Shown here one piece after another: positions 1 through 11,489 of a DNA stretch of 64,000 bases. A program made the translations under genes and the position numbers. The stretch comes from Squalus acanthias (Eukaryota): assembly GCA_030390025.1 (NCBI GenBank), contig CM059431.1:118112001-118176000 (forward strand). Direction: 5' to 3'. Position 1 is the stretch's first letter. Each line of letters opens with the position of its first letter. The notes beneath the pieces were generated by a model. It did not search any database. It saw only the letters and a program-made list of their open reading frames with translations, and was not told the origin of the DNA.

Positions 1-537
1 CACATTTGAACATAAAAAATGACCTTTCCTTGTTCCTCCTGAGAGTGTGAATACTGCCTACCTTTCAGCAGTGTGAGAATGTCATCTGGCATCATAAACT
101 GCTGCTTCTGACTGGTTTGGTGGGATATGGGAGGACATTTTGAATATGCCACAGTGTTATTACTGGCTTAATATTGAGGGGAAAGATGACAGAAATGACT
201 TGGATGCTCAAGATGGAAGGTGGCAAGGGTGACGGGTTTCCTTGCTGCTTCCCAGAAAGACTGTGGATCAGTGTTCATGAACTAGAGGCAGAAATTAATC
301 CAATTATCAGAGTGGAGACCTAATTTAAATTCATCAACTTGCCAGTTTTCGATGGTTGAAATCATTTACTGCACAAATGTAGCAACATTCATTTGGAGTA
401 TGCTTGAATGCCATCAAGTCATTTTCTGTTATATTTTACGAGATTAATTTAAAAAAAAATGTAAAGGAAAATTGGGCGGTGTGTAAAACAAGTGACCAAC
501 CCTCATCCACCCGTTCCCTGCCCGGTGGAAACAGTTA

Positions 538-831
538 ACATAAGAACATAAGAATTAGGAGCAGGAGTAGGCCATACAGTCCTTGGAGCCTGCTCCACCA
601 TTCAATAAGATCATGGCTGATCTTCAACCTCAACTCCATTTTCCTGCCCAATCCCCATATCCCTTGATTCCCCTAGAGTCCAAAAATCTCTCTATCTCAG
701 CCTTGAATATACTCAACAACTCAGTATCCACAGCCCTATGAGGTAGAGAATTTCAAAGATTCACAACCCTCTGAGTGAATAAATTCCTCCTCATCTCAGT
801 CTTAAATGGCTGACCCCTTATCCTGAGACTA
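538..831 (-). mobile_element. CR1 LINE 3' end fragment
   Basis: Reverse-complement CR1 tail (ACATAAGAACATAAGAA, AGGAGCAGGAGTAGGCC) followed by decayed ORF2 C-terminus, similar to the tail at 1530-1640. Confidence 0.85.
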
Positions 832-1529
832 TTAGCCCCACTCCCCTGCTCTTTCCCCATAGCCCTGTAAATATTTTACCTTCAAGTATTTATCCAATTC
901 CCTTTTGAAAGTTACTATTGAATCTGGTTCCACCGCCCTTTCAGGCAGTACATTCCAGAACACAACAACTCACTGCATTAAAAATATTTCCTCATGCTGT
1001 CTCTGGTTCTTTTACCAATCACCTTAAATCTGTGTCGTCTGGAAGAGCAGGGGAGTTATCCCCGGTGTCCTGGCCAATACTTATCCCTCAATCGACATAA
1101 CAAAAACAGAGGCCTGAACTTTCTGCAGGTAGGCGGGTTGGGGGCGGGGGGGCCTCTGAGGCGGGCGGGAAGCCCGGGAGTCCGGGTTTCCTGAAGGCCC
1201 TGCCAACTTTAACGGTAGGGCCTGATTTGCATGTGAGGCCTCGGATTCCCGCCCGCAGCCAGCCAGATTGAGAGGCTGGCTGGCTGCGGGCAGGTAGGCC
1301 TGCAGGTGCGGAGAGGGAGCGAGGGTTTGAATATACATTCCCTTAAGGAATAAAACACCACGGGAAAAATGGTTCAACTGTGGCTAACAAGACAAATTAA
1401 AGATAGTATTAGATTAACAGAAGAGGCTTAAAATGTTAGCAAAACGAGTAGTAAGCCTGAGGATTGGGAGGATTTTAGAATTCAGCAATGGAGGACCAAG
1501 AAATTGATAAAGAAAGGGAAAATAGAATA

Positions 1530-3769
1530 AGAACATAAGAACATAAGAAATAGGAGCAGGAGTAGGCCAATCGGCCCCTCGAGCCTGCTCCGCCATTCAA
1601 TAAGATCATGGCTGATCTGATCCTAACCTCAAATCTAAAGAACACAAGAAGTAGGAGCAGGACCCGGCCACTCAGCCCCTGGGCCCGCTCGCCACCCACA
1701 GGGCCCTGACCGATCTGAACTCAGCCTCATGTCCAATTTCCTGCCCGCTCACCGTAACCCCTAATTCCCTTTACCTCTAGGAAACTATCTATTTCTGTTT
1801 TAAATTTATTTAATGATGCAGCTTCCACTTCTTCCTGGGGCAGCAAATTCCACAGACCTACTACCCTCTGAGTGAAGAAGTTTCCCCTCATCTCAGTTTT
1901 GAAAGAGCAGCCCCTTATTCTAAGATTATGCCCCCTAGTTCTAGTTTCACCCATCCTTGGGAACATCCTTACCGCATCCACCCGATCAAGCCTCTTCACA
2001 ATCTTATATGTTTCAATAAGATCGCCTCTCATTCTTCTGAACTCCAATGAGTAGAGTCCCAATCTACTCAACCTCTCCTCATATGTCCACCCCCTCATCC
2101 CGGGATTAACCGAGTGAACCTTCTTTGTACTGCCTCGAGAGCAAGTATGTCTTTTCTTAAGTATGGACACCAAAACTGTATGCAGTATTCCAGGTGCGGT
2201 CTCACCAATACCTTATATAACTGCAGCAATACCTCCCTGTTTTTATAATCTATCCCCCTAGCAATAAAAGTCAACATTCCATTGGCCTTCTTGATCACCT
2301 GCTGCACCTGCATACTAACTTTTTGATTTTCTTACAGTAGGACCCCAGATCCCTTTGTACTGCAGTACTTTCCAGTTTCTCGCCATTAAGATAATAACTT
2401 GCTCTCTGATTTTTCCTGCCAAAGTGCATAACCTCACATTTTCCAATATTGTATTGCATCTGCCAAATCTCCGCCCACTCACCCAGCCTGTCCATATCCC
2501 CTTGTAGGTTTTTTATGTCCTCCTCACTTTCTACTTTCCCTCCCATCTTTGTATCATCTGCAAACTTTGATATGTTACACTCGGTCCCCTCCTCCAAATC
2601 GTTAATATAGATTGTAAAGAGTTGGGGACCCAGCACCGACCCCTGCGGAACACCACTGGCTACTGGTTGCCAGTCCAAGAATGAACCATTTATCCCAACT
2701 CTCTGCTTCCTGTTAGATAACCAATCCTCCACCCATGCCAGAATATTAACCCCAATCCAGTGATTTTTTATCATGAGCAATAATCTTTTATGTGGCTCCT
2801 GTTCGAATGCCTTCTGGAAGTCTAAATACACTACGTCCACTAGTTCCGCTTTATCCACCCTGTACGTTATGTCCTCAAAGAACTCAAGCAAATTTGTCAG
2901 ACATGACTTCCCCTTCATAAAGCCATGCTGACTTTGTCCTATTAAATTATGTTTATCTAAATGTTCCGTTACTGTCTCCTTAATAATAGACTCCAAAATT
3001 TTACCCACCACAGATTTTAGGCTAACTGGTCTATAATTTCCAGCCTTCTGCCTACAACCCTTTTTAAATAAGGGTGTTACATTAGCAGTTTTCCAATCTG
3101 CTGGGACCTTTGCTGAGTCCAGGGAATTTTGGAAAATTATTACCAAAGTATCCACAATTCCTACTGCCACTTCCCTCAAGACCCTAGGATGTAAGCCATC
3201 AGGTCCAGGGGATTTATCCGCCTTGAGTCCCATTATTTTACTGAGTACCAATTCCTTAGTGATTTTAATCGTATTTAGCTCCTCTCCCCCAGAGCCCCCT
3301 GTTTGTCCAGTGTTGGAATATTCTTAGTGTCCTCTACCGTAAAGACTGAAACAAAATATTTGTTCAGCATTTTTGCCATCTCCATGTTTCCCACCATTAA
3401 TTTCCCGGTCTCATCCTCTAAGGGACCTACGTTTGCCTTAGCCACCCTTTTTCTTTTTTATAACTATAGAAACTCTTGCTATCTGTTTTTATATTTTTTG
3501 CTAATTTATTTTCATAATCTATCTTTCCTTTCTTAATCAATCCTTTAGTTACTTTTTGCTGTCTTTTGAAGACTTTCCAATCTTCTATCCTCCCACTAAG
3601 TTTGGCTACCTTATATGTCCTTGTTTTTAGTCGGATACTATCCTTAATTTCTTTACTTAGCCACGGATGGCTGTCATTTCTTTTACACCCTTTTTTCCTC
3701 AGTAGAATATATATTTTTTGAAAGTTGTAAAATAACTCCTTAAATGAACACCACTGCTCATGTACCATG
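1530..3769 (-). mobile_element. 5'-truncated CR1 LINE with RT region
   Basis: ORF 2295-3251 has KSPGPDG, YLDFQKAF, GVPQGSVLGP and FADD; ORFs 2095-2313 and 1727-2173 continue ORF2 through frameshifts; ACATAAGA tail repeats. Confidence 0.92.
1727..3251 (-). pseudogene. CR1 ORF2 reverse transcriptase, frameshifted
   Basis: RT motifs spread over three overlapping ORFs in different frames. Confidence 0.9.
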
Positions 3770-5285
3770 TAATATGAGAGTAAATTAGCGAAAGACATAA
3801 AAACACATTATAAAAGCTTCTATAGGTACGTAAAAAGGAAAAGATTAGCATAAGTAAATATAGGTCCTTTCGGCTGAGGTAGGAGAAATTATAATGGGGA
3901 ATAAGGAAATGGCTAAGCAATTAAACAAATACTTGTGTCTGTCTTCACGGAAGAAGATGCAAAAAAAACTCCTGGAAATAGTGGAGAACCATGGGTCGAG
4001 CGAGAATGAGGAACTAAAAGAAATTAGTATTAGTAAAAAAAAGTACTGGAGAAATTAATGGGATTGCAAGCCGATAAATCCCCTGGACCTGATGGCCCAC
4101 ATCCTAGGGTTTTAAAAGAGGTGGCTATAGAGATAGTGGATGCATTGGTTGACATCTTCCAAAATTTCATAGATTCTAGAATGGTTCCCATGGATTGGAA
4201 GGTAGCAAATGTAACACTACCATTTAAGAAACGAGTGAGAGAGAAAACGGGGAACTACAGACCAGTTAGCCTGACATCAGTAGTAGGGAAAATGCAAGAA
4301 TCTATTATTAAGGGTTGGTAACAGAGCACTTTTAAATAATAATAGATTGGGCAGAGTCAACATGGATTTATGCAAGGGAAATCATGTTTGACGAATCTGT
4401 TTGAGTTTTTTGAGGTTGTAATGAGCAGAATAGATAAGGGGGAACCAGTGGATGTGGTGTATTTGGATTTTCACAAGGCATTCGATAAGGTGCCACATAA
4501 GAGGTTATTAAACAAAATTAGGGCTCATGGGATTGGGAGTAATATACTAGCATGGATTGAGGATTGGTTAACGGACAGAAAACAGAGAGTAGGAATAAAC
4601 GGGTCATTTTCAGGTTGGCAGGCTGTAAATAGTGGGGTACCACAAGGGTCAATGCTTGGGCCTCAGCTATTCACAATCTACATCAATGATTTGGATGAGG
4701 GGACCAAATGTAATATATCCAAATTTACTGATATGCAAAGATATGTGGGAATGTAAGTTGTGAGGAGGATGCAAAGAGGCTGCAAGGGGATATAGACAGG
4801 CTAAGTGAATGGGCAAGAACATGGCAAATGGAATATAATGTGGAGAAATGTGAAGTTATCCACTTTGGTAGGAAAAATAGAAAAGCAGAGTATTTTTTAA
4901 ATGGTGAGAGATTGGGAAATGTTGTTGTTCAGAGGGACCTGGGTGTCCTTGTACACAAATCACTGAAAGTTAACATGCAGGTACAGCAAGCAATTAGGAA
5001 AGCAAATGGTATGTTGGCCTTTATTACAATAGGATTTGAGTATAAGAGTAAAGGGGGGAAAAATTGGGTTGTGCCCCTTTGGGGCGCTAACTTTGCCCAA
5101 AAAAATTAGCACCCCTGCGCCCGAAATTCACTGGTAGCGCCCCAAGACGGAGGCGGGGTGCTACTGGAAGTGCTCGCCTCCCTCTTGGGGTGCTGCGAGT
5201 AAATATCTTGGCGCTAGATGCCGCAGCACCACGCTCTGCGGCACATCGCGCCGCGGTACTGCAGGCCTTCCTCCCCTTATTAAAG

Positions 5286-5746
5286 CATTCAGCCTTGGAT
5301 ATGCGGGTAAGCGTTCTCCAAGGCGGCCTTCGAAATACACGACAGCGCAAAATCATAGAGCAGAAACTGATAGCCAAGTTCCGCACTCATGAGGAGGGCC
5401 TCAATCGCGATATCGGGTTCATGTCACGATACAGAACGTGACTTGACATCATGGCCGGTCTTCCCAGGTGTTTTTTTTTAAAAAAGGCTAACACAAGAAC
5501 CTACACAGATTGACAGGATATGCAGCCAGCAGGTGGTTTGACATGTTGGACCCCCTGGGACACATCTCATTGTCTTGGCTATGCTCTTTGATGTGGGAAA
5601 GATTTAAATATATTTTGTCTGTGTTTAAATTGTGAATTCTGGGAGATTCTCTCACTGCTAAACTTACCTGACGAAGGAGCGAACTGCTCCGAAAGCTTGT
5701 AAAATTAAATAAATCTGTTGGACTATAACCTGGTGTTGTGCGACTT
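5286..5746 (+). mobile_element. Penelope-like element 3' fragment (GIY-YIG C-terminus plus 3' repeat)
   Basis: Encodes RVSVLQGG...RKIIEQKLIAKFRTHEEGLNRD, near-identical to 22821-23285; TSD CCCTTATTAAAG at 5274-5285 and 5747-5758. Confidence 0.9.
5664..5702 (+). ncRNA. Minimal type-I hammerhead ribozyme (Penelope-associated)
   Basis: TTAC-CTGACGA-A-GGAGC-gaact-GCTCC-GAAA-GC-TT-GTAA: core motifs, stem I TTAC/GTAA, stem II, palindromic stem III. Confidence 0.8.
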
Positions 5747-6869
5747 CCCTTATTAAAGGGGAGGGGCCTTGCGCAGCACAACCCAGGGCCCAGCTGGGCC
5801 ACCAGGGATCGGAGTGCCGGCAAAAGAGCCCGGCACTCAAGAGAAGTGCCGGGCTCACGGAACGCAGCTGGCACTCTGTGGGGGGGCTTCACAGAAGGCC
5901 GGGGACAACAATGGGGGCAGGTGCTGGCAGGCAGCCAGTAACAAAAATGGCCACCCGGCACCTCCCCTTTAATTTATGCTGCCCCGGCTGCAGGTAGGCC
6001 CCCCTGACCCTGTAGGACATAGCGTCCGGCGATAAATCAGGGGGCGCTACGGAAGATTGTGTCCGGGGCGCGAGCGGGGTGCTGTGCATGGTGATAACGT
6101 CATCGCCGGTGGCGCAGCACCGTGGGGTGCTAATGGTTACCGCCACCGCTAACATCCCGCTGAATTTCGTGGGAGGCATTGGTGGCGCCGCGCTCCTAAG
6201 AGGGCGCTAACAGGAGGCGCAAATCAACCGAATTTTTCCCCCAAGATGTCTTACTGCAATTATATAGGGCCCTGGTGAGTCCACACCCGATGTATTGTGT
6301 ACAGTTTTGGTCTCCTTTTCTAAGGAAGGATATAATTGCTACCATAGAGGGAGTGCAACAAAGGTTCACCAGACTGGTTCTTGGGCTGGGAGGATTGTCT
6401 TATAAGGAGAGATTGAGTAAACTAGGCCTATATTCTCTAGAGTTTAGAAGAATGAGAGGTGATCTCATTGAAACATACAAAATTCTCACAGGGCTTGACA
6501 GGGTAGATGCAGGGAGGATGTTTCCCCTGGCTGGGGAGTCTAGACCAGGGGTCACAGTCTCAGAATAAGGGGTCAGCCATTTAGGACTGAGATGAGGAGA
6601 AATTTCTTCACTCAGAGAGTGGTGAATCTTTGGAATTCTCTACTCCAGATGGCTGTGGAGGCTCAGTCATTGAGTATATTTGAGACAGAGATCGATAGAT
6701 TTTTGGATATTAAGGGAATCAAGGGATATGGGAGTATTGCAGGAAGGTGGAGTTGAGGTCGAAGATTAGCCATGATCTTATTGAATGGCGGAGCAAGCTC
6801 GAGGGGCTGAATGGACTACTCCTGCTCCTATTTCTTATGTTCTTATGTTCAGTCCGGGGAAGGGATTGT

Positions 6870-7400
6870 GGGAGGTGGTTGTGGATCAGCTGTGGCTCGG
6901 TTGGAGATTGTGGGGGGGGTCGGCATCGGCAGGGGAGGATCGAGGATCGGGAGGGGTGGAGAGAGGATCGGCAGGGGATGATCGGGGATCGGTGATCAGG
7001 GGTGGGGGGTCGGGGGTTGGCAGGGGAGAACCGGAGATGGAGGGGGGTCAAGGATCGTAAGGGCAGGATCGGGGATGGGGGCGTTGGGGGGTTGATGGAG
7101 CAGAATCGAGGTTGGGGGGGTTTGGGAATCGGCAGGGGAGGATTGGGGATGGGGCGGCTTGCGGGGGGCGGTCAACGGGAGAGGGGGGAGTTGGCCAACG
7201 ATCGTGGGGGGGGTGTCGGCTGGAGATCGGGGACCGGGGGGGTTTCGGCCGGGGATCATGGCAGGGAGTCGGCCGGGGATCGGAGGGATTCGGGGATCGG
7301 CGGGGTGGGTGAGGGGTGGGGTGGGTTGGCCGGGAATCGGCAAGGGGGGAGAGAGATTCGGGCCACCGGAGGATTGTGGTGGGGGGAGGCCTCATGGTGG
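6870..7400 (+). repeat. G-rich degenerate GATCGG(G)n low-complexity tract inside MITE
   Basis: Dozens of G3-G8 runs and repeated GGATCGG/TCGGCAGGGG units. Confidence 0.7.
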
Positions 7401-10092
7401 GAAGCGGAGGCCTGCGAAGGCGGTCGGAGGCCTCGTGAGGGGGTCTCCGATCACGCGGGTCCCTGGATCCAGGAGGTATAAAGCCACTTACCTCCTGAAT
7501 CCAGCAGTCCCCGCCTTAGTTTAACTGCCGGGTTTCACAAATTGTGTGAAACCCGTCCACATGCAGTTAAATTCAAAATGGAGTTTAGAGAAGAGGCTCT
7601 CAGCCTCATTATAATATTTAAATTGACGTACCACCCCTGGGAGCGGCTTGGTCGCTCGCCCCTTGTCCCGTCTCCGTTAAAACCAGAAGTGGGCGGTTTG
7701 GAAGCGGGATCAGGTCGGGAATCCCATTTTTAACAATTTAACTGCCCCCACGCTCCAAACCCACCCTTCTGATAAGGGAAAGTACCGGCCAAATTATCTG
7801 GTCATTATCACATTGCTGTTGTGGGAGCTTGCTGTGTGCAAATTGGCTGCATGTTTCCGACATTACAACAGCGACTACACTTCAAAAAGTACTTAATTGA
7901 CTGTAAATCACTTTAGGACGTCTGGTGTTCATGAAAGGTGCTATATAAATGCAAGTCTTTCTTTCTTACTGACAATTCTACCACTAGAACCAGTTTCCCC
8001 TTATTTACTCGAGCAAAACCGTTCATGATCTTGAACACCTCTATCAAATCTCCTCTTAGCCTTCTCTGCTCTAAGGAGAACAACCCCAGCTTCTCCAGTC
8101 TCTCCACATAACTGAAATCCCTCATCCCTGGAACCATTCAAGTAAATCACTTCTGTACCCTCTCCAAGGCCTTGACATCCTTCCTAAAGTGTGGTGTCCA
8201 GAATTGGACACAATACTCCAGCTGAGGCCTAACCAGTGTTTTATAAAGGTTCAGCAGAACTCCCTTGATTTTGTACTCTAATAATAAGGCCAAGAATCCC
8301 ATATGATTTTTTAACAACCTTCTCAACTTGTCCTTCAAAAGATTGGTGTACATACACCCCCTGGTCTCTCTGTTCCTGCACCCCCTTTAAAATTGTATCA
8401 TTTAGTTTATATTGCCTCTCCTCATTGGTTTTACAAAAATCTATCATTTCACTCTTCTTTTTTTCTCTTTACCCCTCCTAGGCCCCTCTCTCCTGTCATC
8501 ATGCCTCCTTTCATTTCTATCCTCTCGGGTACTCTGCCCTTCCAAATCCCTATCCCAGCCCTGCAGCCCTCCTCGACATTCCTACTCTCCTGCTGTCATC
8601 CCAGGCTTGATTCCCTCTTAGATAAGCCTACAGCTTCAATCTGTGCCTCTCTTAGCATCTTCCGAAGGGCCCATCGAGTTACACGTCGCTGCCTCCTTAT
8701 GAGCAGAAACCCCAACTGTGCCAATTCTACTCTCTCGCTGACCTTCCTGCCAATGCGCCCGCTGGGGTCTAATCTTGCCAATTTCATTCCCATCCCACCC
8801 CTCACCCCTTTCAATGCTGACCCTGTGGACTCTGCCAGTGGATCGGCTTTCACCGCCCCTCTCCGTATTTCCCTCCAAAATGTCCATTCACTTGTGAACA
8901 AGGCCCTTGCCGTCCATGAGCTTATTGTGGATGATTTCATCGACGTCATGGTCTTGACGGAAGCCTTGCTGAGGGATGATGACACCATCCCCCTGAATGA
9001 AGCCTTCCCTCCTGGCTGTAGCATCCACTACTTGCCCCACCCAAACCACCACGGTGGCATTATGGCTCTTATCACCAAATCACACCTTGGTCTGTCCCCC
9101 TATTCATCTGGCACCTTCTCCTCCTTTGAGCATCTCACCTTGTTCCATCCCTGTTGCCTCTCACTTTAAATCCTCATTCTCTACTGCCCAGCCAAGTACC
9201 ACGCTAAGTTTCTCACCGATATATCTTCACTGTTTCCTTCCTCTGCACCGAGTGACTTCTCATCCTCGGTGATTTCAACCTCCATCTCAACTCATCATGC
9301 TGCCTCTCCTCTGAGTTCACTCCCTCCTATCCTTCCTTAATCACTCCCTCCATATAAACTTGCCTACCCATATTCACGTCTACCCCCTCAACCTTGCCAT
9401 CTCACATGGCCTCTCCACTCCAATTGTGTCAATCACAGAGATGGCCATTTCTGATCACTTCCTTGTATAGCTCTCCACCCACATCCCTCTTCTCCTCCCA
9501 ACCCCACAACTCCTGTGTCTGCCCCTGGAAAAAATCTCTCCTCCAAGTCACTTACAACGGCACTTTCAAATTCCCAACTGTCTAGCCTTTGGCCCTCCAT
9601 TCACCTCAACATTTTTACAGCTACCAATCTACTCAATCACACCCTCACCTTCACCTTTGATGTTTTTGTCCCCATTAAAACCATTACTCTATCTCATCAT
9701 GGTTGCTCCCCTGGTACGGCCCTGTTCTTCAATCCTTTAAGTTCAAAAGACGCAGACTTGAATGTTTACGGTGGATAACTGGTTTAGCCATTCATTGCCA
9801 GATCTGGCTGGACCACATAAAGCACTATCGGGTCCTGCTCTCCTCTGGCAAAACTGCTCACTATTCCAGAATCACCCTGGAATGCAAAGATAACCCATGG
9901 CTTCTCTTCTTCACGACAAACCATCTTAATAAACTCTTCTTTCCTGCCTGCATCAACCTCACCTCCAACAAGTGCAAAGAGCTCATGGACTTCCTTGTCA
10001 CTAAGATTGATACCATCCATTCAGCTGCCTATGCCACTTTGCTCCCTCCCCTAGCCCACTCGGCCAAACGTCCCCTAAGGTTCCCCCCACCT

Positions 10093-11489
10093 TGTGAAGG
10101 AATAGCCATATTCAGAAAAATACACCTTCCTATGAAATAATTCTGATTAAAACATGACAAACTGGGCTTGGAAATCTGAAAGCCTCAACAAGGAAAAGCT
10201 GTAAACAGCATACATCTTTTGAGATAAGATAAGTTGTTGACATTGAAACAATAGCCTCATTGAAGCAGAAGGTTAGAGGTTCCCAAAAGTCTGCAGCTTG
10301 AGAAAAAAGACAATACCATACCCTGGTTAAGGTGTCATAAACCAACACTTTGAAATGAAACACAGAACATTAAAGAAACATATGCCTTCATAAATATGAC
10401 ATCAAATGAAACACAGGAGACATCAAATGAAACAGGAGACACAATTATGTGTTGCAACCAGTTGAGCTAGCTAAGAAGACAATGATGCACCCGATTGAGG
10501 AGTTTTTAATTTACATGTTGTAAAAAGATACAAACAGGAGACTTTGATAAAAATGACACCAAATAGAACCACTGCCATCACATTATTTTTGTGTTGAACT
10601 TGGAACACCTAGGAGACACGAAGTCTGTAATACAACCAGCTAAAGTGACTTAAGAATTGAATAGAAGACCTTCGTAAGAATGGCATCAAATAGATACATC
10701 TGTTACAACCATTTTTTATGATAAGCTTCGAACACCTAAAGGAGGAGACATAATTCTGCAAGCTACAAGTTGAACAAACTGTAAGAATAGCAGGGGTCAA
10801 CAGAAAAATGACTAGAGATAATTAGCTTACATCAGCAGAAAACTTCAAAGGATATACCACTGAGAAAGGGTATAAAGATTGGATTTTCAAATAGGAAGAC
10901 AGAATTCGCTGGAAGGGGCAAAGCGGTTCGCAGACTTCAGAGGCAAGCTCTGTAAGTTTTCAACTCTTTACGTCTCGGGGATCAAAGGTACTTGTATTTG
11001 ATTTTGGTGGATATTCTGGAATAGACTAAGAAATGTAAAAATGTAACAAAGTTAAGATTTGAGAATAAGGATCTCTGATGATAAGAATTGTAAGCTTTCT
11101 GTATTTGGAATTGTTAAAGTTGCGATTGAATCATCAACTGTAACTACATGTCAGTTCTTTAATAAATCTATATTATTTTAGAATTGTCTCAAATAGTACT
11201 TCTGTATCAAACTCCTGAACTCAATCTCTGTACACTCTGTGGTGAGGAGTTGCAGAATTCTGGAGGAGTTTTCTGGACCCTCATAATATCCGGAAGGTTA
11301 CAGTCCAGCTAAACTTATTAAAAGTGCTATCTGGAGGATGGTAACATCTTCAGATAGTCTGGACCTTTAGACCCAATTAAGCGTCTTTAGGATCCGGCTA
11401 CCTCTAACTTTAGTTGAAGGTGAACGTCTGGGGAACACGCCTGATCCGGGGTAGTCCGAAAAGGGCTAGGACTAGTAATAATCCTTTCA
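10093..11489 (+). mobile_element. Solo LTR family A (1397 bp), ERV/LTR-retroelement
   Basis: Begins TGTGAAGG, ends CCTTTCA; TSD ACCT (10089-10092, 11490-11493); TATAAA ~10872; AATAAA 11161; homologous to 38934-40074. Confidence 0.88.

Larger units (their letters stand above)
5054..6242. mobile_element. Non-autonomous Harbinger MITE related to the ends of 18387-22817 (inverted orientation)
   Basis: TIRs GGGGGAAAAATT / AATTTTTCCCCC; TSD AAG (5051-5053, 6243-6245); removal restores CR1 sequence GAGTAAAG|ATGTCTTAC; homologous to 56376-57069. Confidence 0.9.
1330..6848 (+). mobile_element. 5'-truncated CR1 LINE (decayed RT), interrupted at ~1530-3769 and 5054-6242
   Basis: ORFs 4058-4321 (KSPGPDG, NYRPVSL), 4370-4756 (YLDFHKAFD, GVPQGS), 4828-5109 and 6275-6568; tail TTCTTATGTTCTTATG at ~6832-6848. 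Confidence 0.9.
1111..7790. mobile_element. Non-autonomous Harbinger-like element (MITE) containing nested CR1 insertions
   Basis: Imperfect TIRs GGCCTGAACTTTC / GAAAGTACCGGCC; flanks AGA/AAA (3-bp TSD, 1 mismatch); GCGGGTTGG-type subterminal motifs shared with other MITEs in the window. Confidence 0.65.
1042..7965 (+). mobile_element. Deu-domain SINE (AmnSINE1/SacSINE1-like) 3' part, split into 1042-1110 and 7794-7965
   Basis: ...AACAAAAACAGA|insertion|TTATCTGGTCATTATCACATTGCTGTTGTGGGAGCTTGCTGTG...AAAGGTGCTATATAAATGCAAG reads as one continuous DeuSINE tail. Confidence 0.7.
832..8420 (-). mobile_element. Old CR1 LINE 3' fragment split into 832-1041 and ~7966-8420 by nested insertions
   Basis: ORFs 7913-8137 (LEKLGLFSLEQRRLRGDLIEVFK) and 8147-8353 (LYKTLVRPQLEYCVQFW) are CR1 ORF2 C-terminus; 832-1041 is the downstream continuation. 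Confidence 0.7.
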
